A stretch of 64,000 nt of DNA from the NCBI GenBank assembly GCA_977017575.1, contig CDRNVI010000167.1, positions 96,963-160,962 on the forward strand, written 5' to 3'. The notes below the pieces were generated by a model. It searched no databases. It saw nothing but the letters and a program-made list of their open reading frames with translations, and was not told the DNA's origin. Source of the stretch: Paramoeba atlantica (lineage: Eukaryota; Protista; Discosea). A program made the translations under genes and the position numbers. Numbering within the stretch: position 1 is the stretch's first letter; the number at the start of each line of letters is the position of its first letter. Below, piece after piece: positions 23,750 through 34,862 of this stretch.

Positions 23750-25934
23750 AGAATTCTTAATAGATGATAGGAAACTAATCAAAGAACAGGATAAGAATAA
23801 CTGGATCAAATCAATTAAGAGAAGATTGCAAACAGGAAAATGGCCAAAAGATAAGAATGAGAAGAACAGATTGCAGAGAAAGGAAGGAGATTTTTACCTT
23901 GCAGATGGGATTCTCAGAAAAGTAAAAACAAATGTCCTCTCAAATGCACTTCCACCAGCAGTACTTCCTGACCATTTAATAGGTGCAGCACTTCTCCAAT
24001 TTCATGTTGATCCAATCACTGGACATCTTGGAGGTTTATTAACTTACTTAAAAATCAAATCCAGATTCTATTTCCCAAAGATGTACACTGTGGTGTGACA
24101 ATTTTGCAGAACTTGCCTAACTTGCCAACTCAACAAAACTGGAAGAGTGGACCAACCTCCAGCTGGAGAAGAAATAGAACCAGAGGAATTTCCAAGAATC
24201 ATTTTGCATGTTGATAACACCCAAGTTAGCAGGACAACCCAAGGCAACAATCACATTCTAAATATTTCAAACAGGTTCACAAAATTTCACAGATTCTATG
24301 CTGTTGGGGTGAGACCTGCTTCCAACACAAAAGTTGTACCTTTCAGTGCCTTTTCAGTTCCTTGAGCCTCCCTGAGCCTTCCCTGAGCTTCCTTGATGCC
24401 TTTTATCATGAGTTTTGGTCCTTTCAGAGAGCCCTGAGCCTCACAGACAGCCATGTACCATTTTATTGTGATTTTAGCTAAAATCACAAGATTTTTAGCA
24501 CTCTTTTTATTCAGTTTTCGCATTCATGTTTTTGCCCCCCTTTCTTGCTGCTTTGCTGCCTTCTGCTTTCTTTTTGCTTTCTTGTTGCTCTCTCTCTCTC
24601 TCTTTGCTTTCCTTTGTGATCTTTTGGCTTGCCTTGCTTGCTTTCTGTTCTCTTCTTTTGTTGTCATCATCTTTTGTTGCTTTCTTCCTTCTTTGGTTGC
24701 TGTGTAGACTTGGGATTCTGATTTGAGTTGAATTTCGGTGATTCTGTGCTTTTCTCAGTTGTGATTCCTTTTGTTGTTCTTCTTTTCTCTTGTTTTCTTT
24801 GTTGATCCTGCTCCCCTCCTCACAATGCAACAAAAGGAGTTTTGGCCATTCTTACTGCAAACAAACTGCTGGATTATGTCTGTACTTTCAGCTGCCCAGT
24901 GAAGATTATTTCAGATTAGGGATGTGAATTTGATGCAAAACTGACAACTGAGTTTGGAAAGATGATGGGAGTGAACCTGAAATGCACAACTAGTTTTAAT
25001 CCAAGAGCAAATGGAGCAGTCAAGAGACCCTGAAGAACACTCAAGGACATGTTCAAAGCTTATGTTAATACAAGACAGGATAATTGAGACACATTCTTAC
25101 TGCTTTTGCAGCTTGCATTCAACACTGCCCAGAGTTCAACAACAAATTTCACTTCTTATTTTCTAATGTTTGCAAGACAGGCCATATTACCCTTGGAAGT
25201 TCATTGGGACATTGCATCCAGACCTACAATGACAAGAAGCAAGTATATTAAATCTTTACAACAGGAATTGCCTGTAATTTTCAAATTAGTTAGGGAACAT
25301 GTTAGTTCTTCAAGGAAGAAATCACAGTTGGATCAGGAGAAAAGAAACCCTGTGAGAGAAACTTTGCTGGTCAGAGATTTAGTTTTGTGTAAGAGAAAAC
25401 TCAAAAAAAAAGGCTTCAACCCAAAATTATTACCAAGATATGGAATGTAATTTCCAGGTGGTAGAAAAGCCCAATAATCATGCTGTTGCCCTCAGAAACA
25501 TCCATTCTCAAGAAATGCTGCCACACCTCATGAATGTCAGAAGAGTTAAGAAATGTAGAGTCACAACTTTGCAAGATGTACCAGGAGTTGAGATAACAAA
25601 AATACTTGCTGAAAGAGGTAATGAGAAAAAAGAATATTTAGTTGAATAGTTAGGTTACAGCCAAAAGAAAAATTCATAGGTTGGAGCAGCTTCATTGAAA
25701 GGAAATCACCTTCTTTTCCAGTTTAGGAAAACAAATGCAATCACTTCAGCAGTAGGTAGAGAAGAAGAATCAAGTTCTGATATTGAGTTGGAAGAGGAAG
25801 ATTCAAGATTTGAGGAAGAATTAAGTGAAAGAAAAGAAAGTCCAGATTCAGAAATGGAAACAAGTGAAAAGGAAAGTTTTGAGTTGAACAGGCTGATATT
25901 GGATGAAAACTTGGATTCAGACTTTCTGGGATGA
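23750..25934 (+). pseudogene. pol: Gypsy-A integrase with C-terminal chromodomain and acidic tail, split by a solo LTR
   Basis: FHVDPITGHLG...CRTCLTCQ (HHCC); IISD.GCEF; NPRANGAV; QLAFNTAQSSTT; KEYLVE*LGY (W>stop in this copy). Confidence 0.9.
24302..24824 (+). mobile_element. Solo LTR, family A (523 bp, about 100-bp internal deletion), TSD ATGC
   Basis: ATGC at 24298-24301 and 24825-24828. Confidence 0.95.
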
Positions 25935-26507
25935 GAAACTAACTTTCATGGTTGGATGACCCTCATTGCTTCTCTTTATTGAGTTGTTTTCTTTCTTTTG
26001 TTGTTTGAGATTTGGTTGTCTTTGCTATTAATCAATTTCAAAGATTGTTTTGACTATGTGACTGGTTTGGGATATTGGTTTCAAGAATTGCAATCCTGTT
26101 ATGCTTTCCCTGGGAGACTGTAAATATTGTGAATGCTGTAAATATGATGAAGATTTGGGTTTACTGGTTTCCCTGGACAGAGGTTCTAAATATATCAAAA
26201 CATTTTTTTTCAAGTAAGTCCCCAGCCATTGTGTTTTGTGTTTGTTCTCTTTTTTGTGTTTTGTTTTGTATTTTGTTTGTTTTATTCTCCTGTCATCCCC
26301 CTTGGTGAGCTGCATTTTGTGATTTGTTAACACCTTGAATTGATTCCTTGGGTCTTCTGCTGCTGATTCCCTTCTTTTGATTGCTTGGTTAGAGAATTGA
26401 TTCTGATTTTGTGGATTCCCATGGATTTCTTTCATCTTTTTGGACCCTGTTGAGTTTCTGGCCTCTTTTCTCTTGGCCCCTGCAACCCCACACTCTTGTT
26501 TTGTTTC

Positions 26508-26518
26508 AAGGGGGGAGG
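26508..26518 (+). promoter_or_regulatory. Polypurine tract of host Gypsy-A
   Basis: AAGGGGGGAGG directly before TGTTGGGG. Confidence 0.88.
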
Positions 26519-27146
26519 TGTTGGGGTGAGACCTGCTTCCAACATAGAAGTTGTGCCTTTCAGTACCTTTTCAGTTCCTTGAGCCTCCCTGAGCCTTCCC
26601 TGAGCTTCCTTGATGCCTTTTATCATGAGTTTTAATCCTTTCAGAGAGCCTTGAGCCTTTCAGACAGCCGTGCACCATTTTATTGTGATTTTAGCCAAAA
26701 TCACAAGATTTTTAGCACTTTTTTTATTCAGTTTTCATGTTTGTGTTTTTTTTGCCCTTTTTTCTTGCCACTTTGCTGCTTTCTGCTTTCTTTCTGCTTT
26801 CTTGTTGCTCTCTCTCTCTCTCTTTGCTTTCCTCTGTGATTTTTTGGCTTGCCTTGCTTGCTTTCTATTCTTTTCTTTTGTTGTCATCATCTTTTGTTGC
26901 TTTCTTCCTTCTTTAGTTGCTGTGTAGACTTGGAATTCTGATTTGAGTTGAGTTTTGGCAATTCTGTGCTTTTCTCAGTTGTGATTCCTTTTGTTGTTCT
27001 TCTTCTTGCTTTTCTGTTTCTTTGTTGTTGTTTTCTTGTTCTGTTTGTGTTGGCTGGAGATCTTTCCCATAAAGGTTTTGATTCAAAGTTTCTGTTTCTC
27101 TTTCTTTTTTCTTGTTTTCTTTGTTGATCCTACTTCCCTCCTCACA
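26519..27146 (+). repeat. 3' LTR of host Gypsy-A
   Basis: TG...CA termini; followed by GATC and LINE-B sequence. Confidence 0.95.
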
Positions 27147-27310
27147 GATCTCCCCTTGAACATTGCATGTTGAGTATCAGAGATTACTCCACTTGCAATT
27201 TCAGAAAACCAAAGAGCCCAATATTACATTACAATTCAATAATCAGAGTTTGTTACACTTATAAGTCTGAACTGGTCAGGGTGAGGAATGTTCTCAACCT
27301 TAAGAATCAA

Positions 27311-27732
27311 TTGTAGCATAATGGCTTAGTTGGTAAAACAGCTATTGCTTCAATTCAAGATTGTAGGTTCAAATCCCAAAGAGGAAAATATTAAAAATAT
27401 TAAAAACATAATTGTGGTATGATGGCTTAGTTGGTAAAACAGCTATTGCTTCAATTCGGGGTTGTAGGTTCAAATTCCAAAGAGGAAAATATTAAAAACA
27501 TTATTTTCTCTTTTTGCTCACTTGAATGTGAAAAACAGAATAGGTTATCCTCTGCTCTGTTTGCTAAAAAGTAAAGAATAAATTCCCTGAGAAGGAGTTT
27601 AAGTGAATTAAAGGTTTTTGGACCATTTGAACCTAAAGAGGTGAAACTCTATCTTCATTATCTTTAACCTTAAAAAATTAGTGGCTTTGGGTTAGGTTAT
27701 CATTTAATAAAGTCTAGTGTTAAAAAGAAAAA
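27311..27732 (+). mobile_element. tRNA-derived SINE with duplicated head, A-rich tail and about 15-bp TSD
   Basis: A box TGGCTTAGTTGG and B box GGTTCAAAT(C/T)C present twice (heads at 27311 and 27412); AATAAA and A-tail; TSD AACCTT(AA/GG)GAATCAA at 27296-27310 and 27733-27747. Confidence 0.88.
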
Positions 27733-29259
27733 AACCTTGGGAATCAAACACAATTGGCTCTTTCCAAAGAAGTCAGGGAATTTCATACTTTCTCCTGCTT
27801 GTTGGATCAGTTCAACCCACATTTCTTGATATTTTTTATAAGTTTTCTGATAGAGGGAGAAGGGAATTCCATCAGGGCCTGCACTGGTATTGTTGGCTTG
27901 AAGAAGTAGCTTCTCAACTTTCAGAAGGTCTACTGTATGATTTTCAGAGTTTGGAAAGTGGAAGGGGTGGTTGTTAAGAAGTTCATCAAGGGCTTTAAGA
28001 TCATAAGAACATTCAATTCCCAAAAGATCACCCCAAAAGCCTTTAATAGCTTCTTTCATAGTAGATAAGTTATAAGACAAGATGGCCATCAACAATCACT
28101 CCTCTCATCTTGGGGGAGACCAACTTTAATCATCTAAGAAATAATCTTTAATCTCCATTTCTGCCCTTTCAGAGGGTTATCCCAATTCTCAGCAGCTGCT
28201 TCTCTCAGTTCAGCTTCTAAGGAGGTGAAGGGGTGGGCTGGGCTATCCTTTCTAAGGATTCAAGTTGTTCTCAGCTTCTTAACTAAAGTTTGTAGTTTCT
28301 AAAATTTCTTAAAGAAATGAGCTTCCTTGTGCTTGCTCTTCTACAGAGCAGTGAATATCCAGGCTTCAAATTTCATTTTATTAAAACAAGTCATAAGGTC
28401 GCCCACAGAGTAGTTTCCAACAGCTTCAGAGAGAGCAGAAATAAATTTGGGGTTATTAATTAGATATTCAGGAATCCTTTTCTTCTGAGAGTTAATCTTT
28501 CACTCTTTTACACTGGCCCCTCCAATCATTACAGTATGATCTTTGAATTCAAATGGGATTGCATTCACAAACAAATGATCTTCAGGAGCCTTAAAGGGAA
28601 AGAAGATGTGGTCAATGCATCAGCCTTGAAAATGGGTAAGTTCTAACCAATTGAGGCAAGATAGATTCAGATCAGAGAGGTGTTCAATTAATTTCTGGCA
28701 ATTGGTTTCATTCAAATTCCAATTGAGGTTCTCAACTAGAATATTTTTGCTCTGGGGGAAAAAAAACCAGGAGTTAGTTTCAGACCAGAGTGGTGATAAA
28801 CATTGAAGACTGAGAATTCCTGATTTTGGATGAAAACTTTTAAACCAAACAATCTACCTTCATTTTTCTCAAAAAAGAAGGGAGAGAGATCTCTCAATCC
28901 TTCCACACATCTAATCCCAATCACAAGGTCACATTTCCTCTTGGAGAAGGAGTTACGAAACCAAATGTACTTCCTTAAATAGTTCTTGAGATGATCAAAA
29001 TCATTTTCAGATGTTGTATAGGTTTCCTGGAGGAAGATGAACAAGGGCCAGGAGCTAGCTGCCATCCTCTTGCAGATTTTGAGTTTCTTTTCATTTTGCA
29101 GCCCATTTATATTCTAGGAGAGAACTCTTAGGTCAGGGAACCAAGAAAAATGCCAAATTTGGGGTAAATCAGGGGGATTGGGTTCCAGCACAGGGATTTG
29201 AATTCACCCCCCAGGGTTGAACATAGTCGAATTTACAACTAAACTCCAGGCACCAACTC

Positions 29260-29468
29260 AAAGACCTTTAATTCATTTAAACTCCTTCTCAGGAAATTTA
29301 TTCTCTGCTTTTTAGCAAACAGGGCAAAGGATAATCTGTTCTATTTTTTACATTCAAGTGAGCAGGAAGAGAAAATAATGTTTTTAATATTTTCCTTTTT
29401 GGGATTTGAACCTGCAACCCTAAATTGAAGCAATAGCTGTTTTATCAACTAAACCATCATGCCACAAT
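29260..29468 (-). mobile_element. tRNA-SINE copy, 3'-truncated
   Basis: Head and body align to 27412-27620. Confidence 0.85.
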
Positions 29469-29469
29469 T

Positions 29470-29711
29470 GATAGAATTTCACCTCTTTAGGTTCAAATGG
29501 TCTAAAGACCTTTAATTCACTCAAACTCCTTCTTAGGGAATTTATTCTCTGCTTTTTAGCAGACAGGGCAGAGAATAATCTGTTCTGTTTTTCACATTCA
29601 AGTGAGCAGGAAGAGAAAATAATATTTTTAATATTTTCCTCTTTGAGATTTGAACCTGCAATCCTGAATTGAAGCAATAGCTGTTTTACCAACTAAGCCA
29701 TCATACCACAA
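29470..29711 (-). mobile_element. tRNA-SINE copy lacking tail, head-to-tail with the previous copy
   Basis: Aligns to 27412-27655. Confidence 0.85.
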
Positions 29712-31339
29712 TTCAATTTCTTTTTACTTTGCCTCACTTTTTCCCTATCTTTATTGATTATTTTCCTTATTTCTTCAGCTAATAATTGTTTTGGTTTTTT
29801 CTTAAATTTAACTGTGTTTGAAGCAATAAATTTAACCATTTCAATCAAAACTTGTTGAAGTTTAGTAATTTATATTTCCTGTTTTTGAGGTTTGTAACTG
29901 TTTTTTTGAAGTCTTTCATTTTCTGCTTTTACCTAAATTTGGTTGAAAAATCCTCCAGCCATGCCCAAGCTTCCTCACCCATACTGAAACTCTTTTCTTT
30001 GATCTTTCCTCCTTCCAAGAGGACTTTCACTGTGATTGATCCATCCCTCTTCCCCTCCTCCTCATTTTCTTCCTCATTATCAACTTCTCTCCCTCCAATC
30101 ATAATTATATCTCTATCACCATTCTCTTCCCTTCTTTTCTGTTTATTCACTTCCCTCTTTTCTTGTTTATTCTTACCTTCCATTTCAAAGCTATTGCTCA
30201 TTCCTTCCTCCTTGCTCTCCATTCCAGCAATTTCAACTTTTTTCTTAGGGACCCATTCTTCAGTTGGCTTTTCTTTTTCATAAATAAATTTCATTCCTTC
30301 ATACTTCTTTGCATTTGTGATCATGATTTGGTCTTTCTTGAAACTAAAGCTTTATTGCTCATTTTCAAAAAGCTTGCTAATAGCATCTTCACCTTGTTTT
30401 CAGATGATCTTTATAGTGCAAGTAAGGCTCACAAGATGGTTCACTCCACATAAGGAGCACTCAACAAGAAGATGGTATGGTTTGATAAACATTTAAATGG
30501 AACACTTGGCTTTGATCAAGGTGTTGATTTGAATGAATCCTTTGGTTTTAGCAATAAAGTGGACTAAAGAGAGGGGGATGGACTTATAGAAGATGATGAT
30601 GTAGTTATCAAAGACTTGTACCATTTCTTTAAGATTGAGAGAAGGAAGGTGGTCCTCTCCATTAAATAAATTGTAAATCCACTCATTCTCTGAGATTTGG
30701 TAAGGGAGTTTGATCTTAATCCTCCACAAATGAGCATTATGATTAATTCTCCAAATACAAGAACTTTCAAGTTGGTTGATGATTAGGTTTTCTTTTTCTT
30801 CAATAATAGATTGAATCATGAGGACATCCTCCTCTTTGTAGGCAAGGATAGCATAGTGTTTGGCTCTTGCCTCCACTCTAATACTTCTCTTGAGGTTGGT
30901 TTGGCTTTCAATAGCTCTCAAGAAGTTGGGGAAAGTAGAAATCTTATTGGGAAAGGCAAAAGCTCCTACTGGGAAGAGATACTCTGGCTCCTTTGATGAG
31001 AGTCAGGTTAAGTTTGATAGCAAGGCAAGTGGACAGGAAGGCATTCTTTATATCAATCATCTCTCAAAGCTTGGCAATCATTTGGTTCATACCTGGGACT
31101 GCTTTTTTCAAGAATAATGGTGCTGAATTAGTGTTTCCTCTAGCAACTCTGCTAAAGGACAGGTCAGAGCTTTTGGAGGATATAATTGGATAGAGTAAGT
31201 TGAGAACTATCAGCAGATATGCTCAGCTCCCTATGGGGTGGTCTTCTACCACAACAAACTTGAGAAAGGGAAGATAACAGCAAAAAAAACCCTCAAATGA
31301 TTTCTAAGGGTTTTTTTTTTAGTCTACTGTATGATTTTC

Positions 31340-32565
31340 AAAGTCTTTATATCAATCATCTCCCAAAGCTTAGCAATCATTTGGTTCATATGTTGGAGTG
31401 AGACCTGTTTCCAACACAGAAGTTGTGCCTTTCAGTGCCTTTTCAGTGTCTTTAGAACCTTTCCTGAGCTTCTTCAGGCTTCCTTGAGCCTCCTTGAGCC
31501 TTCTCTGAGCTTCCTTAATGCCTTTTATCATGAGGTTTAGTCCCCTCAGAGAGCCCTGAGCCTCACAGACAGCCATGTGCCATTTTATTATGATTTTAGC
31601 CAAAATCATGAGATTTTTTGTCTCTTTTTATTTAGTTTTCATGTTTGTGTTTTGCCCCCTTTTTCTTGTTGCTTTGCTGCTTTCTGCCTTCTTTCTGCTT
31701 TCTTATCACTCTCTCTCTCTCTCTCTGCTTTCCTTTGTGATCTTTTGGCTTGCTTTGCTTGCTTTCTGTTTTCTTCTTTTGTTGTTATCATCTTTTGTTG
31801 CTTTCTTCCTTCTTTGGTTGCTGTGTTGACTTGGGATTCTAATTTAAGTTGAGTTACAGCAATTCTGTACTTTTCTCAGTTGTGATTCCTTTTGTTGTTC
31901 TTCTTCTTGCTTTTCTGTTTCCTTGTTGTTGTTTTCTTGTTTTGTTAGTGTTGGTTGGGGATTCTTCTTATAAAGGTTTTGATCTAGAGTTTCTGTTTTT
32001 CTTTCTTTTCTCTTATTTTCTCTGTTGATTCTGCTCCCCTCCTCACATCTATCCTTACATATACTTGGAATTGTTTTTTTCAGGAATAATGGTGTTGAAT
32101 TAGTGTTTCCTCCAGCAACTCTGTTAAAAGACAAGTTAGAGCTTTTGAAGAATATAATTGGATGGAGTAAGTTGAGAACTATCAGCAGATATGCTCAGCT
32201 CCCTGTGGGGTGGTCTTCTACCATAGCAAACTTGAGAAAGGGAAGATAACAGCAAAAAAGAACCCTTAGATGACTTCTAAGGGTTTTTTTTTTTTAGTTT
32301 CCTTTCTCTTCAATAATAGATTGGATTATGAGGTTATCTTCCTCCTTGTGGGCAAGGATGGCATAGTGTTTGGTTCTTACCTCTACTTTAATACTTCCCT
32401 TGAGGTTGGTTTGACTTTCAATAGCTCTCAGGAAGTTAGGGAAGGTAGGAATCTCATTGAAGAAGACAAAGGCTCCTACTGGGAAGAGGGGGCATACTCT
32501 GGCTCCTTTAATGAGAGACAAGTTGAGTTTGGTAGCAAGGTGAGTGGAAAGGGAGGCATTCTTAA
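31340..32565 (-). repeat. Rearranged local duplication of the LINE-B 5'/ORF1 region
   Basis: 31340-31390 plus 32060-32290 repeat 31045-31320; 32296-32565 repeats 30788-31050. Confidence 0.75.
31391..32047 (+). mobile_element. Isolated family A LTR (657 bp, internal duplication), no clean TSD
   Basis: TGTTGGAGTG...CTCACA; left flank CATA, with CATA recurring only 10 bp after the right end; strongly decayed. Confidence 0.88.
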
Positions 32566-32576
32566 TATTCCACATC

Positions 32577-32899
32577 TTTTTTCTTTTTAACACTAGACTT
32601 TATTAGGTGATGACCTAATCCAAAGCTACTAATTTTTTTAAGGTTAAAGATAACAAGGATAGAATTTCACTTTTTTAGGTTCAAATGGTCTAAAGACTTT
32701 TAATTCACTTAAACTCCTTCTCAGGGAATTTATTCTCTGCTTTTTAGCAAATAGAGCAGAGAATAACCTATTCCATTTTTCACATTCAAGTGAGCAAGAA
32801 GAGAAAATAATGTTTTTAATATTTTTCTCTTTGAAATTTGAACCTGCAACCCTGAATTGAAGCAATAGTTATTTTACCAACTAAGCCATTATACCACAA
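32577..32899 (-). mobile_element. Full-length monomeric tRNA-SINE (about 323 bp)
   Basis: A/B boxes, body, AATAAAGTCTAGTGTT and A5GA6 tail as in 27311-27732; no TSD seen. Confidence 0.88.
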
Positions 32900-34650
32900 T
32901 TAGCTTCATTCTATCTTTTCAAGGTAGCTTTTAGTATTTTCAAGGAAGTGGGTTCAAGATTCTTTTTCTTTCTTACATAATCAACAGGTAGGAGGTTTCA
33001 AAGTAAAATGGGAGATTTTATCCATTTTTGAGAGACCATGAATCAAAAATTTGGTAAGATTTCATTGGAGCTGAGGTTTAAAAGTATAAGCTAAATTGTA
33101 GACAATATATTTGATCTTTCCGCCCTCTTGGTAGATATCTTCAAGCACAATAGATACTTGATGAGAAAGGGAATTATAGTTTGTTTTGGTTAGGCCTTCC
33201 AAAGTCACTTTTTTAGAGATTTTTGAAGCAGTAGAGTAAGCATCAAGTCTCATAGCTTCAATAGCCAAGGGATTCTTGTATTTATGACTTAGAGGTTTAT
33301 GAGAGATAAGAAGAGCCTAATTGAAGAGAATGAAATGGTGAACCTGACATTTACTACCCATAAGAGAATAGCAAGCAGTCAAAATGGTGGTTTTTAGATT
33401 GGCATATGCTCCCAAGGTAGCTTGAATGAGTTTCCATACTATCACAGATACAAATTAGAGGATAAGTTTAAAGCAGGCCAAGTAACCCATACAAGGAATT
33501 AAGTAGGTGTTGATCATCCTTACTCTCACTGCAAAGGGCCCTCCTTGATTCTTAATGACCTTACTTACTCCTTGCATCTTTTCACATACTTTAAATCAAT
33601 CCTTCTTTGATTCCATCTTACAGCTTATTCACACACCCAAATAAGTTATCTCATTGCTTCTAAAGTTGGTTTTGGACATTGCAGACCAAGGGCCAGAGGG
33701 TTTATACATTTGAGTTATCAAAACAAAGCACTTTAAGTAATTCAAGAGAGCATCAGTTGCCTTTTCATACTTCTGAAAAGTGGAGGTCAAGAGGTTAATG
33801 GTGTTAACTTTTTTCAAGAGTAGTCCAAGGTCATCCATGAAACCAAAGAGCTTTTCAAGAGGGTGGTTCTTGTTGAAACTCACCAGCAATAAATCAAAGA
33901 CAATTAGGAAGAGAAGAGGGGAGATTGGACAGCCTTGTTGAACTCCAGTTCTACTGGTAATAGAGTCAGCTGGAGAGAAGCTAGGTTTCCCTTCAATTGA
34001 GGGTAATCAGGTTTTAGAGAGGTGAAGTACTTTCTCAATCACAAAGATAGCTTGGAAAGGAGCCTTCAATTTCTTCAAGATGTGAATTAGAGCATCACAG
34101 TTTACATAATCATAAGCCTTGCAGAAGTTAGTTTGGAAGAGTAATATTTTGTTCATTGGCCAAAGCTTCATAAAAGGCATCATAAATTGTTTTCACAGCT
34201 GCATCAATTGATTTCCCCTTAAACATTGCATGTTAAGTATCAAAGATTACTCCACTTACAATTTCAGAAAACCAAAGAGCTTAATATTGCATTACAATTC
34301 AATAATCAGAGTTTGTTACACTTATAAGTCTGAACTGGTTAGAGCAAGAAATGTTCTCAACCTTGAGAATCAAACACAATTAGCTCTCTCCAAAGGAATT
34401 AAGGAATTTCATACCTCTCCTGCTTGTTGAATTCACATCTTTTGATATTTCTTATAAGTTTTCTGATAGAGGGAGAAGGAAATTCCATTAAGACCTGCAC
34501 TGGTATGGTTGGCTTGAAGGAGCAGCTTTTCAACTTTCAGAAGGTTTACTATATGATTTTCAGAGTTTAGAAAGTGAAAGGGGTAGTTGTTAAGAAGTTC
34601 ATCCAGGGCTTTGAGGTTATAAGAGCATTCAGTTCCCAGGAGATCACCTC
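32900..34650 (-). mobile_element. Second decayed LINE-B fragment (RT and downstream)
   Basis: LFGFMDDLGLL, ITYLGV, AIEAMRLDA; 34213-34650 repeats 27147-28036. Confidence 0.87.
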
Positions 34651-34862
34651 AAATTGAAAATGTATTGGTGGAGAAACCCAACAACAAAAAGAAAGCAAAA
34701 TCAATATTAAAAAAATTGAATCTGAACATTAAATGAGCAAGTACAACTGAGAATTTTGGAAGAGTCTATAAAAGGTTGGAAAATGGTTCAATTTTCCCAG
34801 AGGATAGGAAATTAAGGCATCAAGCTTTTTACTTGGTTGAGTATCTTGTGAAGACAGAATAT

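Larger units (their letters stand above)
1882..27146 (+). mobile_element. Ty3/Gypsy chromodomain LTR retrotransposon family A, autonomous-type host copy; 5' LTR/PBS deleted, decayed and heavily nested
   Basis: After removing TSD-bounded inserts the order is leader, gag (CCHC), protease (AIDSG), RT (YVDD), RNase H, integrase (HHCC, core), chromodomain, PPT, LTR. PR-RT-RH-IN order is diagnostic of Ty3/Gypsy. Confidence 0.92.
27147..31330 (-). mobile_element. LINE family B, decayed (ORF1 about 31250-29750; endonuclease and RT N-terminus 29065-27147), with SINE inserts
   Basis: MAASSWPLFIFLQETY (APE start); SAGPDGIPF (RT); ORF1 block CIWRINHNAHLWRIKIKLP...IAKTKGF is homologous to LINE-A ORF1. 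Confidence 0.8.

Noticed and set aside
27311-27480. Functional tRNA genes
   Set aside because: A and B boxes are present, but I could not fold a proper acceptor or anticodon stem, and the sequence continues into a common body with A-tail and TSD. It is a SINE head.
5380-32134. Many 60-190 aa K/E/Q-rich or F/L-rich ORFs overlapping family A LTRs (e.g. 5547-5996, 13371-13805, 13642-14226)
   Set aside because: They arise from the purine/pyrimidine strand asymmetry of the LTR. Starts and stops differ between copies and several run across insertion junctions.
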